From: Pristiophorus japonicus
Taxonomy: Eukaryota
Direction: 5' to 3'
Assembly: GCF_044704955.1 (NCBI RefSeq)
Contig: NC_091978.1
Location: forward strand, 235,538,001 to 235,602,000
Length of the DNA: 64,000 nucleotides
The notes under the pieces were generated by a model. The model saw only the letters and a list, made by a program, of their open reading frames with translations, was not told the origin of the DNA and ran no database searches. Position numbers and translations under genes: made by a program. This document shows positions 25,364-37,145 of this stretch, piece after piece; position 1 is the first letter of the stretch; the number at the start of each line of letters is the position of its first letter.

Positions 25364-26359
25364 GGCCGGAATCTTTACTTGATGTCCGGGGGGGGGGCGG
25401 TGGGGGGGCTGCATATGGGCTGTGTAGCAGGTGGTCATCTGAAACGTTTCAACAGCACATTATACACTGCATTTAACTCAATTACTTCAATTGAAACAGT
25501 CATGCAGGTTTCCTAGCCGAATTAAATGGAATGGGTATGCTGATGTCACCGATGAATTATTTTCAGCACAGATATTTAAAGCAGCCTTGCACGCATCCAA
25601 GTTGAAGGTTGTTGGAGGAGAGATAAAGGTGTTTGGCAGAGCTACACATTGCTGCATATTTGTGTGAGACATGGAGTCACACAGACAGAAGGTTGCACCA
25701 AGATTTCCTGATGCCTCCCTGGAAGTATTGATCCAGGAAGACACCAACAGGGCATGGCTGGAGATCATGGACAGATCCCTGGAAGTAGCCTGAGGTGAAG
25801 AAGTTGAGGGCAGTGGTGAATTTGACAGACACGAGTAAGGCATGTCCACTAGGTCCTCCAAGCTGCAGGTCTTGCTCCAGCAATGTGCAAATGTCTGTCA
25901 ACGGCGAGGTTCAACATTGCCTCCAGTGCGCCAGCGCATTCTTCGGCCTCCTGAGGAAGAGAGTGTTCGAAGATCAGGCCTCAAATCTGGCACCAAGCTT
26001 TTGGTCTACAGAGCTGTGGTGATACCCGCCTTCCTGTATGGCTCAGATATGTGGACCATACACCTCAAATTGCTGGAGAAATACCAACTGGAGAAATAGC
26101 CTGAGCCTCTTTTGGCATTGCTGCTCAGTCATGTCCAGGAAACTAATCCTCTGCCTGTATACACTGTGTTGGGGGTACTGCCTCTGGCGAAGTGCATCCG
26201 TGCTGACCCCCTCTCTCCTGTAAAGCATCAAGTCGGTGAGGAGAAGGCTGTTGTTATTGTTGCTGCTGCTGGTGGTGTGGCTGGTGTGCTTGGTGCTGGT
26301 GCTGGGGTTCCTCTTGGCCTGATTGAGGTCCAAGGTGAGGCAGCATAAGCAGCACCCAT
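25364..26359. mobile_element. Internally deleted Harbinger (Myb 5' end abutting transposase 5' part)
   Basis: Plus strand from about 25672: MESHRQKVAPRFPDASLEVL..AWLEI. Minus strand: RQYPQHSVYRQRISFLDMTEQQCQKRLRL..TDICTLLEQDL..TTALNFFTSGYFQGS. Confidence 0.75.
25900..26088 (+). mobile_element. Internal RTE LINE fragment without tail
   Basis: EVQHCLQCASAFFGLLRKRVFEDQ..KSGTKLLVYRAVVIPAFLYGSDMWT; homologous to 51221-51360. Confidence 0.85.
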
Positions 26360-27223
26360 GCTGAACTCCACCAAGTAAAGACCCAGTCTACTCAATCTAT
26401 CATCATAAGGTAACCCCCTCATCTCCGGAATCAGCCGAGTGAATCGTCTCTGTACCCCCTCCAAAACCAGTATATCCTTCCTTAAGTAAGGTGACCAAAA
26501 CTGCACGCAGTACTCCAGGTGCGGCCTTACCAATACCCTAAACAGTTGCAGCAGGACCTCCCTGCTTTTGTACTCCATCCCTCTCGCAATGAAGGCCAAC
26601 ATTCCATTCGCCTTCCTGATTACCTGCTGCACCTGCAAACTAACTTTTTGGGATTCATGCACAAGGACCCCCAGGTCCCTCTGCACCACAGCATATTGTA
26701 ATTTCACCCCATTCAAATAATATTCCTTTTGACTGTTTTTTTTTCCAAGTTGGATGACCACACATTTTCCGACATTGTATTCCATCTGCCAAACCTTAGC
26801 CCATTCGCTTAACCTATCTAAATCTCTTTGCAGCCTCTCTGTGTCCTCTACACAACCCGCTTTCCCACTAATCTTTGTTACACTACACTCTGTCCCCTCT
26901 TCCAGGTCATCTATGTATATTGTAAACAGTTGTGATCCCAGCACCGATCCATGTGGCACACCACTAACCACCGATTTCCAATCCGAAAAGGACCCATTTA
27001 TCCCGACTCTCTGCTTTCTGTTAGCCAGCCAATTCTCGATCCATGCTAATGCATTTCTCTGACTCCGCGTACCTTTATCTTTTGCAGTAACCTTTTGTGT
27101 GGCACCTTATCGAATGCCTTTTGGAAATCTAAATACACCACATCCATCGGTACACCTCTATCCACCATGCTCGTTATATCCTCAAAGAATTCCAGTAAAT
27201 TAGTTAAACATGATTTCCCCTTC

Positions 27224-28707
27224 ATAGAAACATAGAAACATAGAAAATAGGTCCAGGAGCAGGCCATTCAGCCCTTCTAGCCTGCACCGCCATTCAATGA
27301 GTTCATGGCTGAACATGAAACTTCAGTACCCCCTTCCTGCTTTCACGCCATACCCCTTGATCCCCGAGTAGTAAGGACTTCATCTAACTCCCTTTTGAAT
27401 ATATTTAGTGAATTGGCCTCAACTACTTTCTGTGGCAGAGAATTCCACAGGTTCACCACTCTCTGGGTGAAGAAGTTTCTCCTCATCTCGGTCCTAAATG
27501 GCTTACCCCTTATCCTTAGACTGTGACCCCTGGTTCTGGACTTCCCCAACATTGGGAACATTCTTCCTGCATCCAACCTGTCCAAACCGTCAGAATTTTA
27601 AACGTTTCTATGAGGTCCCCTCTCATTCTTCTGAACTCCAGTGAATACAAGCCCAGTTGATCTTGATAGGTCAGTCCCACCATCCCGGGAATCAGTCTGG
27701 TGAATCTTCGCTGCACTCCTTCAATAGCAAGAATGTCCTTCCTCAAGTTAGGAGACCAAAACTGTACACAATACTCCAGGTGTGGCCTCACCAAGGCCCT
27801 GTACAACTGTAGCAACACCTCCCTGCCCCTGTACTCAAATCCCCTCGCTATGAAGGCCAACATGCCATTTGCTTTCTTAACCGCCTGCTGTACCTGCATG
27901 CCAACCTTCAATGACTGATGTACCATGACACCCAGGTCTCGTTGCACCTTCCCTTTTCCTAATCTGTCACCATTCAGATAATAGTCTGTCTCTCTGTTTT
28001 TACCACCAAAGTGGATAACCTCACATTTATCCACATTATACTTCATCTGCCACGCATTTGCCCACTCACCTAACCTATCCAAGACACTCTGCAGCCTCAT
28101 AGCATCCTCCTCGCAGCTCACACTGCCACCCAACTTAGTGTCATCCGCAAATTTGGAGATACTACATTTAATCCCCTCGTCTAAATCATTAATATACAAT
28201 GTAAACAGCTGGGGCCCCAGCACAGAACCTTGCGGTACCCCACTAGTCACTGCCTGCCATTCTGAAAAGTACCCATTTACTCCTACTCTTTGCTCACTGT
28301 CTGACAACCAGTTCTCAATCCACGTCAGCACAATACCCCCAATCCCATGTGCTTTAACTTTGCACATTAATCTCTTGTGTGGGACCTTGTCGAAAGCCTT
28401 CTGAAAGTCCAAATATACCACATCAACTGGTTCTCCTTTGTCCACTTTACTGGAAACATCCTCAAAAAATTCCAGAAGATATGTCAAGCATGATCTCCCT
28501 TTCACAAATCCATGCTGACTTGGACCTATCATGTCACCATTTTCCAAATGCGCTGCTATGACATCCTTAATAATTGATTCCATCATTTTACCCACTACTG
28601 AGGTCAGGCTGACCGGTCTATAATTCCCTGCTTTCTCTCTCCCTCCTTTTTTAAAAAGTGGGGTTACATTGGCTACCCTCCACTCGATAGGAACTGATCC
28701 AGAGTCA
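27224..28707 (-). mobile_element. CR1 subfamily A nested inside the B-type RT
   Basis: ORF 27516-28595; (TTTCTATG)3 tail. The host QHGFM|KGKSC sequence is split, with ATGA shared at both junctions. Confidence 0.95.
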
Positions 28708-30734
28708 TGAATCCATGTTGCGTCTGCTTGATTGCTATTCTATCTAGATGTTCCGCTATTTCTTCCTTAATGATAGCTTCAAGCATTTTCCCCACTACAG
28801 ATGTTAAACTAACCGGCCTATAGTTATCTGCCTTTTGTCTGCCCCCTTTTTTAAACAGTGGTGTTACATTAGCTGCTTTCCAATCCGATGGTACCTCCCC
28901 AGAGTCCAGAGAATATTGGTAGATTGTAACGAATGCATCTGCTATAACTTCCGCCGTCTCTTTTAATACCCTGGGATGCATTTCATCAGGACCAGGAGAC
29001 TTTTCTACCTTGAGTCCCATTAGCCTATCCAGCACTGCCCCCCCTAGTGATAGTGATTGTCTCAAGGTCCTCCCTTCCCACATTCCTGTGACCAGCAATT
29101 TTTGGCATGGTTTTTGTGTCTTCCACTGTGAAGACCGAAGCAAAATAATTGTTTAAGGTCTCAGCCATTTCCACATTTCCCATTATTAAATCCTCCTTCT
29201 CATCTTCTAAGGGACCGACATTTACTTTAATCACTCTTTTCCGTTTTATATATCGGTAAAAGCTTTTACTATCTGTTTTTATGTTTTGCACAAGTTAACT
29301 TTCGTAATCCATCTTTCCTTTCTTTATTGCTTTCTTCGTCATTCTTTGCTGTCGTTTAAAATTTTCCCAATCTTCTCGTTTCCCACTAACCTTGGCAACC
29401 TTATACGCATTGGTTTTTAATTTGATACTCTCCTTTATTTCCTTGGTTATCCACGGCTGGTTATCCCTTCTCTTACCGTCCTTCTTTTTCACTGAAATAT
29501 ATTTTTGTTGAGTACTATGAAAGAGCTCCTTAAAAGTCCTCCACTGTTCCTCAATTGTGCCACTGTTTAGTCTGTGTTTCCAGTCTACTTTAGCCAACTC
29601 TGCCCTCATCCCACTGTAGTCCCCTTTGTTTAAGCATAGTACGCTCGGTTGAGACACTAATTCCTCACCCTCAATCTGTATTACAAATTCTGTGATCACT
29701 CATTCCAAGAGGATCTTTTACTGGGAGATCGTTTATTATTCCTGTCTCATTACACAGGACCAGATCTAAGATAGCTTGCTCCCTTGTAGGTTCTGTAACA
29801 TACTGTTCTAAGAAACAATCCCGCATGCATTCTATGAATTCCTCCTCAAGGCTACCCCGTGCAATTTGATTTGACCAATCGACATGTAGATTAAAATTCC
29901 CTATGATTACTGCCGTTCCTTTTTCACATGCCTCCATTATTCCCTTGATTATTGCCCGCCCCACCATGAAATTATTATTTGGGGGCCTATAAACTCCGCC
30001 CACCAGTGACTTTTTCCCCTTACTATCTCTAAACTCCACCCACAATGATTCAACATTTTGTTCATTAGAGCCAATATCGTCTCTCACAACTGCCCTGATA
30101 TCATCCTTTATTAACAGAGCTACCCCACCTCCTTTCCCTTCTTGTCTATCTTTCTAAATTGTCAGATACTCCTGTATGTTTAATTCCCAGTCTTGGCCAC
30201 CCTGCAATCACGTTTCTGTAATGGCCACCAAATCATACCCATTTGGAATGATTTGTGCTGTCAACTCATTTACTTTATTTCAAATGCTGCGTGCGTTTAG
30301 GTAGAGTGTTTTAATGCTAGTTTTTAAATCATGATTTTTAGTTTTGACCCCTCCTACAGCTCCTTTATATTCATACATATTGTCCCTTCCTATCACCTTG
30401 TGGTTTACACTTACCCCAGTGCTGCTCTGCTCTGTTGCCTCCTGCCTTTTGCATTCTTTCTTGGGGTCCTGTTCATCTGAGTTCTCACCCACTCTAACGA
30501 GATCAGAGCCCTCTCCTGGGTTCCGAATACTCCTTGCATTGAGGCACCGAGCTTTCATGCTTGCCTTTTTATTACACTTTGACCCTTTAGAATTTTGCTG
30601 TACAGTGGCCCTTTTTGTTTTTTGTCTTGGGTTTCTCTGCCCTCCAATTTTACTCATCTCCTTTCCGTCATTTGCTTTTGTCTCCATTTTGTTTCCCTCT
30701 GTCTCCCTGCATTGGTTCCCATCCCCCTGCCATA

Positions 30735-31661
30735 TTAGTTTAACTCCTCCCCAAAAGCACTAGCAAACACTCCCCCGAAGACATTGGTTCCGGTCCTGCC
30801 CAGGTGCAGACCGTCCGGTTTGTACTGGTCCCATCTCCCCCAGAACCGGTTCCAATGCCCCAGGAATTTGAATCCCTCCCTGCTGCACCACTGCTCAAGC
30901 CACGTATACATCTGCGCTATCCTGCGATTCCTACTCTGACTAGCTCGTGGCACTGGTAGCAATCCCGAGATTACTACTTTTGAGGTCCTACTTTTTAATT
31001 TAGCTCCTAGCTGCTTAAATTCGTCTCGTAGGACCTCATCCATTTTTTTACCTATATCGTTGGTACCAATGTGCACCACGACAACTGGCTCTTTACCTTC
31101 CCTTTTCAGAATGTACTGCATCTGCTCCGACACATCCTTGACCCTTGCACCAGGGAGGCAATATACCATCCTGGAGTCTCGGTTGCGGCCGCAGAAACAC
31201 CTATCTATTCCCCTTACAATTGAATCCCCTATCACTATCGCTCTCCCATTCTTTTTCCTGCCCTGCTGTGCAGCAGGGCCAGCCACGGTGCCATGAACTT
31301 GGCTGCTGCTGCCCTCCCCTGATGAGTCATCCCCCTCAACAGTACTCAAAGCGATGTATCTGTTTTGCAGGGGGATGACCGCAGGGGACCCCTGCACTAC
31401 CTTCCTTGCACTGCTCTTCCTGCTGGTCTTCCATTCCCTATCTGGCTGTGGACCCTTCAACTGCGGTAAGAGCAACTCGCTACACGTGCTACTCACGTCA
31501 TTCTCAGCATCATGGATGCTCCAGAGTAAATCCATCCTCAGCTCCAATTCCGCAACGCGGACCGTCGGGAGCTGGAGGCGGATACACTTCCCGCACACGT
31601 AGTCGTCAGGGACACCGGAAGTGTCCCTGAGCTCCCACATGATACAGGAGGAGCATATCAC
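30735..31661 (-). CDS. CR1 ORF1p: zinc-finger/leucine-zipper plus SGNH (GDSL) esterase domain
   Basis: CSSC..CGKC, heptad VAELELRMDLL, IVIGDSIVRG, HIGTNDI, DGLHL. The natural start is probably about 20 nt upstream and mutated. Confidence 0.92.
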   Translation of the reverse strand: MICSSCIMWELRDTSGVPDDYVCGKCIRLQLPTVRVAELELRMDLLWSIHDAENDVSSTCSELLLPQLKGPQPDREWKTSRKSSARKVVQGSPAVIPLQNRYIALSTVEGDDSSGEGSSSQVHGTVAGPAAQQGRKKNGRAIVIGDSIVRGIDRCFCGRNRDSRMVYCLPGARVKDVSEQMQYILKREGKEPVVVVHIGTNDIGKKMDEVLRDEFKQLGAKLKSRTSKVVISGLLPVPRASQSRNRRIAQMYTWLEQWCSREGFKFLGHWNRFWGRWDQYKPDGLHLGRTGTNVFGGVFASAFGEELN

Positions 31662-31868
31662 GTGACTGAGCTCTCCTGCAATGACTTAACCCTTAGATAC
31701 ACTTAAATTGGCAACAACAATCATAAAGTTTACTCACTGTTATAGAAGAGAAAAAAGAAAAACTACTCACCAATCACCAGCCAATCACTTATCCCCAAGG
31801 CTGTGACGTCACCTTTTTGTTTCTTTCTACTTCTTTTTTGCCTTCTCCCTGTAGCTGCACAAGCTGGG

Positions 31869-32025
31869 CTCTCGCCGAACTCACGCTGTTCCTGGTCTCA
31901 CTGGCCTTTTGTAAGCCTCTCCGATCCCCAGAACTCCCGCCTCTCACCGAACTCGCGCTGCTTCTGGTCTCAGTGGCCTTTTGTAGGCCTCTCCGATCCC
32001 CAGAACTCCCGCCTCTTGCCAAACT
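31869..32025 (-). repeat. 72-bp tandem monomers in the CR1 5'UTR (2 copies plus a partial)
   Basis: Units start at 31869, 31941 and 32013 (CTCTCGCCGAACTC...CAGAACTCCCGC). Confidence 0.9.
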
Positions 32026-33055
32026 GTCACAAAACCATCAGGTACAGGCCTTGTTTGTTCTTTCTTTTAGGACCTCAGAAATGAAACTACTAATGTTACA
32101 TTTTTTTTAACCTTAATATTAATCTTAATTGTGCTAGGTAAGGTGAACAAATATCACTGAGTCTTTGGCAATGCTTGATCTATTCCTCTCATCGTCTTGG
32201 GATACATTTTTCTTCTGTATTCACAGACACACATGCAGGCCCACAGTTGTACAAATAGGCCCCCATGCACACTTCTAATTAAGAAACAGTTCTGGCCGTG
32301 CACACAATATGCACTGTGATGGAGCCAATATCATTTATTTAAACTAATACCATGTATGCTGCCTGTCATAAGTGCCATCACCAGCAGTTAAGGGGATGTC
32401 CTCCACTGTCTAATTTTATTTGTTGCATTTTGCTTAAAAAATTTTCATCAGGTTCAGTGCTCTTGTTCTGCCACAGACATGAGTGAGTTTCTTTTCTTGT
32501 TTTAAATATAATTTGATCCCCTAGCAATGTGCATACTTTAGTCCCAGGCTCACCTAAGTCTGAACTGTGTACACAGTAAGCCTTGGAGAAAATTTGGCTC
32601 AGGAGATGAACCCGCCCCTTTCCTTATTTGATCTTTACACCCACTGCCTTGTGCTCTCGTGCATATGTATAAATCTCAGCCAAAATACATGGGCGTAGGG
32701 AAAACAGTAGAGATCCAAAAGTATAGTATGAAACATTACTCTTTTACACAGATTAAACCTTTGTTTTCTAAAGTGACAAATATGAATAGAATACCAAACA
32801 GCACCTGTGAGCTGTGTACCCTTTCTGCCAGTGCGCAAAACAGTTCTTTTGTATGAAAATTAGGATTTTTACTTCTCTGAACAGAAGCAGGACTGTTATT
32901 GTTCAACTGAAGTGTCAAAAAATGTGAGTCTACATCCAAAATAATGCAAAGTGCAATATCTACAGCAGGCAATAAATGTCAGATTTTGCACCTGATTGCC
33001 AAATGGCCCAATTTTTAAAACGTTTGCTTAGTCTTTACTTCAACTACAATTCAGC

Positions 33056-33220
33056 AAAAGAAAGACATGCATTTATATCGCACCTTTCATGACCACCAGA
33101 CGTTCCAAAGTGCTTTACAGCCAATTAAGTAGAAAACGCGGCAGCCAATTTGCGCACAGCAAGCTCCCACAAACAGCAATGTGATCATGACCAGTTAATC
33201 TGTTATGGTGATGTTGATAA
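33056..33220 (-). mobile_element. DeuSINE/SacSINE1-like SINE 3' fragment
   Basis: Homologous to 61535-61730 (GCAGCCAATTTGCGCACAGCAAGCTCCCACA). Confidence 0.85.
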
Positions 33221-34084
33221 AAGATAATAATCATCTTCTAAAATCTAAAATACAACTTTTAAATCAAGTATACCACAGAGAAAGGGTTCTCATACCAGCT
33301 ATTAGCCAAACGAACAGGTTACTAGAAAGCTCTGCATTAAAAGAAAGCACAGGTAGCACCAAAGTATCTTTATTTACTGCATCTTATCTGGAATTTTTCT
33401 ATAAATAAACATGCTGAAAGAAATAAGTTCTTCCATAATAAACGCAAGCAAATTAGAAAATTATAAAGCCAAGTGCATTATATAAATGAGTTGACAAAAA
33501 AATGGAGCTTCCAAAGCATTTTCAAAAGCAAATTTATTTTAATATGTAAAAATTCAGAATCTATTTAATAATTCCGTATTAAAAATTGTGTAAATTTGAT
33601 TAATTTCAACATTTTTTAATATTTTTGTTCTAATAGGACAAATATGCAAAGGACCCAGGTCCGGTGAACTCTAACCAAAACAGTTAAACTCTAATATTGA
33701 GTACACTGTATAAGGTTCTGTGGCTTCATCATTTGATTAAGACATAATGAAAGAACAGGCACAATAGTGTACAAGACTAGCGGATGATCAGAGATTAAGG
33801 TAAATTAGACATACGAAATAAAATAGGGAATAAATATCAATTGGAAGAAAATCCATAACCTTGTGTGATGTTAGCAAAATGGTTTTTGAGCATGCTACCC
33901 TGTACAATGTATTGAAAGAAAGGGAAGAAATGGAGCGGAGTGGATGCAATATCAGGCTCGATCTTTCCATAGCACAGCAGCACAAGGGTCAGAAGCATTT
34001 GGTAGAGAATTGTGAGTTAGCAATTGAAAGTTGTGGTTTTAAAAGTCAGGCAACATTCTCCTTATAACTAAAAATACACGATTC

Positions 34085-34380
34085 AACTGTTTAAAATGTT
34101 GAAAGGTAGAGAGACTGTAGATATAAGCAATTTATTTAATTTAAAATGTGATTTTAATCATAGAAAACATCACAAACGTATAAAATTGATAAGTCTGGAA
34201 TCAGATGAAAAATTAGAGGAATGTATTGCTTCTGTCCCTTCCAGACTGGTAGATCAAGTGAATATGTGAAAGAGATTCAGAACAAAACAAGTATAAGGGA
34301 ATAAATTACTCTCTTCAATTTTCAGCCATTCATTTTAATAGAAGATCAGGGGGGGCTATGTGCCTGAATTCCCGATATGC
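34085..34380 (+). mobile_element. Possible ancient CR1 3' remnant
   Basis: Weak FKMLKG.E.VD...LF similarity, decaying into a 3'UTR-like stretch. Confidence 0.3.
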
Positions 34381-35748
34381 AGTCTCGGCAGGCAATCGCC
34401 ATTCCGATTGCAAACTCATAAAATTACTCCTTACATCTTTGCTCTGTTGCTAATCAAAAGAGTGTAAATGACATAGGGGCTGGCTGAATGTAACCATCTT
34501 TTCAAGGTGTAAGCATACATGTGAGTTTATATGTATGGAAACTACAGTGTCTAGAATTTATTAAATTTATCATCAGTACTGCAAAAAGTTATTCTATATT
34601 GATCAGATGTGACAAAATCTCAGCAAGAAATTTAAATAAGGAGTGTTTAGGTGGTAGTTATAGGCAACTCTTAGATATTCACTGTAATATGCCGATATGA
34701 GACAGAGGAAGATTAAAATAATGAACCTGGCAGGCCTACTAATTAAATAGTACTTTCCTAAAAATGCTAAATGTTGTGCTTCAGGATGCAATTTTGCAAC
34801 CTCTGATCTTATGCCAAATGTAATAATTTGTTCCATAATTCTGGTGTGCCAAACTTTAGTAAACCACAGTTACGTTTCTTATAGGCCAGGGCACAAGCTG
34901 TTTTCAACCTAGAAGTTTTTCTAGCAGAATCTTCAAACCTCCGTAGTTCATTTATTCTTGTTTTTTTTGTATGTGCACTTCCCTGCTAAAAAAAAACTAA
35001 AATGAACAAAACCCCAAGTTTAAATCTAGGTATCTACAGAACAAGCTACCTAGTTGATCTTGAATCAGGACCAAATTACTAAATTTTTCCAGTGACGTTA
35101 GAATTAAACTTCAAGAGGTTAAATATTACCTTTGATGCTGAAGCCACCAAAGAAGCTTTTAAGGAATAAAGTGTATTTCAATACTTGGGAGCTGCGATAC
35201 TGTATTTGCATTGCATTGAGTGTTCTCTGTTCATTTATTTGATTTTTTTTTGTCTTTAGCTTTTTAGATGAAACACAGGCCTCCGAAGCAGTACTGAGTT
35301 TCAAAAGTAGAAATTGTTACTATAAATGAAATAATATATTGGTTCTCCCTTAGGCCGAGATTTTGGTCATTCCTTCTAATCTTTTCATCTTTGGTTTAGC
35401 ATCAATGTTTTTCTTTACACATATATAAAGTGCCTTGGGATATTCTCTACATTAAAGACACTGGGCCGTAAATTGCGGCCAAAGAGCGAAGCGCATGCAC
35501 CTAAATCCAGCACTTGTGATTTGTCAAAATTATTTTGACAAGATCGCGTGCCTCCCCGGGAGAAGGGCTTCCCGGTGAAGATTTGGCCTATTTGCCCAAC
35601 TCCTGCCCACGAAGGTCTTAAAACTCTTATGCCTGGTAAAAGCATAAGAGGTTTAAAAGATAGAATAATTTAATGTTATCACTAAATTTTGTATCAAAAA
35701 CTCTATCCATTAAGGTAAGTTTATTTTTACCCCTATTAAAACATATTC

Positions 35749-36527
35749 GGCCCAGAAATTCCGGCCTCCCCGGTTCCATACGGAGTTTCTACGGACCCGG
35801 GAAGGTATCGGAAAAGCCGGTTTTCAGCGCACAAAGTGCATGCGCTGAAAACCAGCTTTTCCGATCTGTCAAGTTTCTGGCTTGACAGATCTCGCGCATA
35901 TCGGGAATGAAAACATTTGCAAGGGCAAGGTTGCAGGATTTACCCATATCTTGCCCAGCACATGTCCTCAAAACTCTTGCGCCTGATAAAAGCAGGCGCA
36001 TAGCCTACTTTTACAGGCGTAAGAGTTTTAAAACACACAAAAACATTGTAAAATAAAATTTTTAAAACACGTTATTGTTAAAAACCCTCCCCACTACAGT
36101 AAGTTTATTTTAAACCATAATTAAAAAAACGTTTTAAAAAATCGTAAAAATATATAAAAGGTATTTTTTAACTACATAAATAATTTTAATTTAAATTAAT
36201 AAAAATACGTTGTGCATTTTTTCTATCTTTTATTATTGCATATTAGTGTTTCGGGGGCTGTTTCTCATTCATAATAATGGGAACTCCAACTTATGGAGTT
36301 CCCATTATTATGAATGAGAATATATTATACCTCATTGGCTGCCCAGAGGCAGGTGACTCCAGCTCCAGAGCTGCGCACATCCCAACGTGGACGCGCTCCG
36401 TTGCGCAAGAAGAGGAGGCCTCAACTCTGGGATCTCTGGCGAACATTCGACCAAAAGGTAAGTGCGCATCTTCTGTCCTACTTTTAGTCGAACGCCCGCA
36501 GGAAGAAGAAACCGGGATTTCTGGGCC
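35749..36527. mobile_element. Harbinger-type MITE M2 nested in M1
   Basis: TIRs GGCCCAGAAATTCCGG and CCGGGATTTCTGGGCC; ATT flanks, with a one-base ambiguity on the left. Confidence 0.85.
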
Positions 36528-37145
36528 ATTAAAAAATGTTTAAAAAAAACAATTTTTTCAACAACATTTAGGGGCCGAAATTGCCCCTCCTGAAAAGGCC
36601 TCTGGCCGCCTGAAAGCAGCGGCCATGGGGCAGCGTGAAATGGCAGCCGACTCTCCGCGGAGGGGTCGCCATTTTGCAAATTGCCCTTCATCAAGTGCGG
36701 AGCAGTGTATGGGACTGCTCTGACAGATTTTCCGCTGTGGCATACACGTGCCGACCCCTTACTGACCGGCGGTGACTACTTCCCAAAATTGCCCCATGGG
36801 AAATATCCCTTTTGTGGAATTGCCCTGTGGGAGCGGAGCCACCGCCGGCCGGTTTCTCCGACAGCTTTTTGTGTTGGTGCACTCCCTGTTGGTCCTTATT
36901 GGTCTGCGGCATGGCCATTCTTAAAGGGAAGGTGGCACTGCCGGTGACACCATTTTATTTTTTATTGTCGGTCGACTGCCAGGACGGCCCGACAATTATG
37001 TCCCCGGGTTCGGCCGGGCCGCCAACTCGCAGCCTGACGCCCCCTCTTGGGTGGCAGGCCGCTGGCCCATCCGAAATCCTCCCTGGTTTCCCAGTGGGCC
37101 TAACTGAAAAATATGCTGAGCTCGCAGCTGAAGGGGAGAGACATT

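Larger units (their letters stand above)
26360..32025 (-). mobile_element. Near-full-length chimeric CR1 (A-type 5'UTR/ORF1 plus B-type ORF2), 3' end missing
   Basis: 5'UTR repeats, ORF1, doubled LNARSI, endonuclease (29671-30280), RT (28710-29143 and 26360-27221). Interrupted by a subfamily A copy; truncated after LGLYLVEFS. Confidence 0.93.

Noticed and set aside
26228-26971. 247-aa ORF fusing CR1 RT to an A/P/T-rich tail
   Set aside because: Chance read-through from a 3'-truncated CR1 into the Harbinger transposase leader at a deletion junction.
34870-34990. Minus-strand exon-like segment with a strong pyrimidine tract (QGSAHTKKTRINELRRF..)
   Set aside because: Peptide unrecognised, weak donor, and such signals are common in AT-rich DNA.
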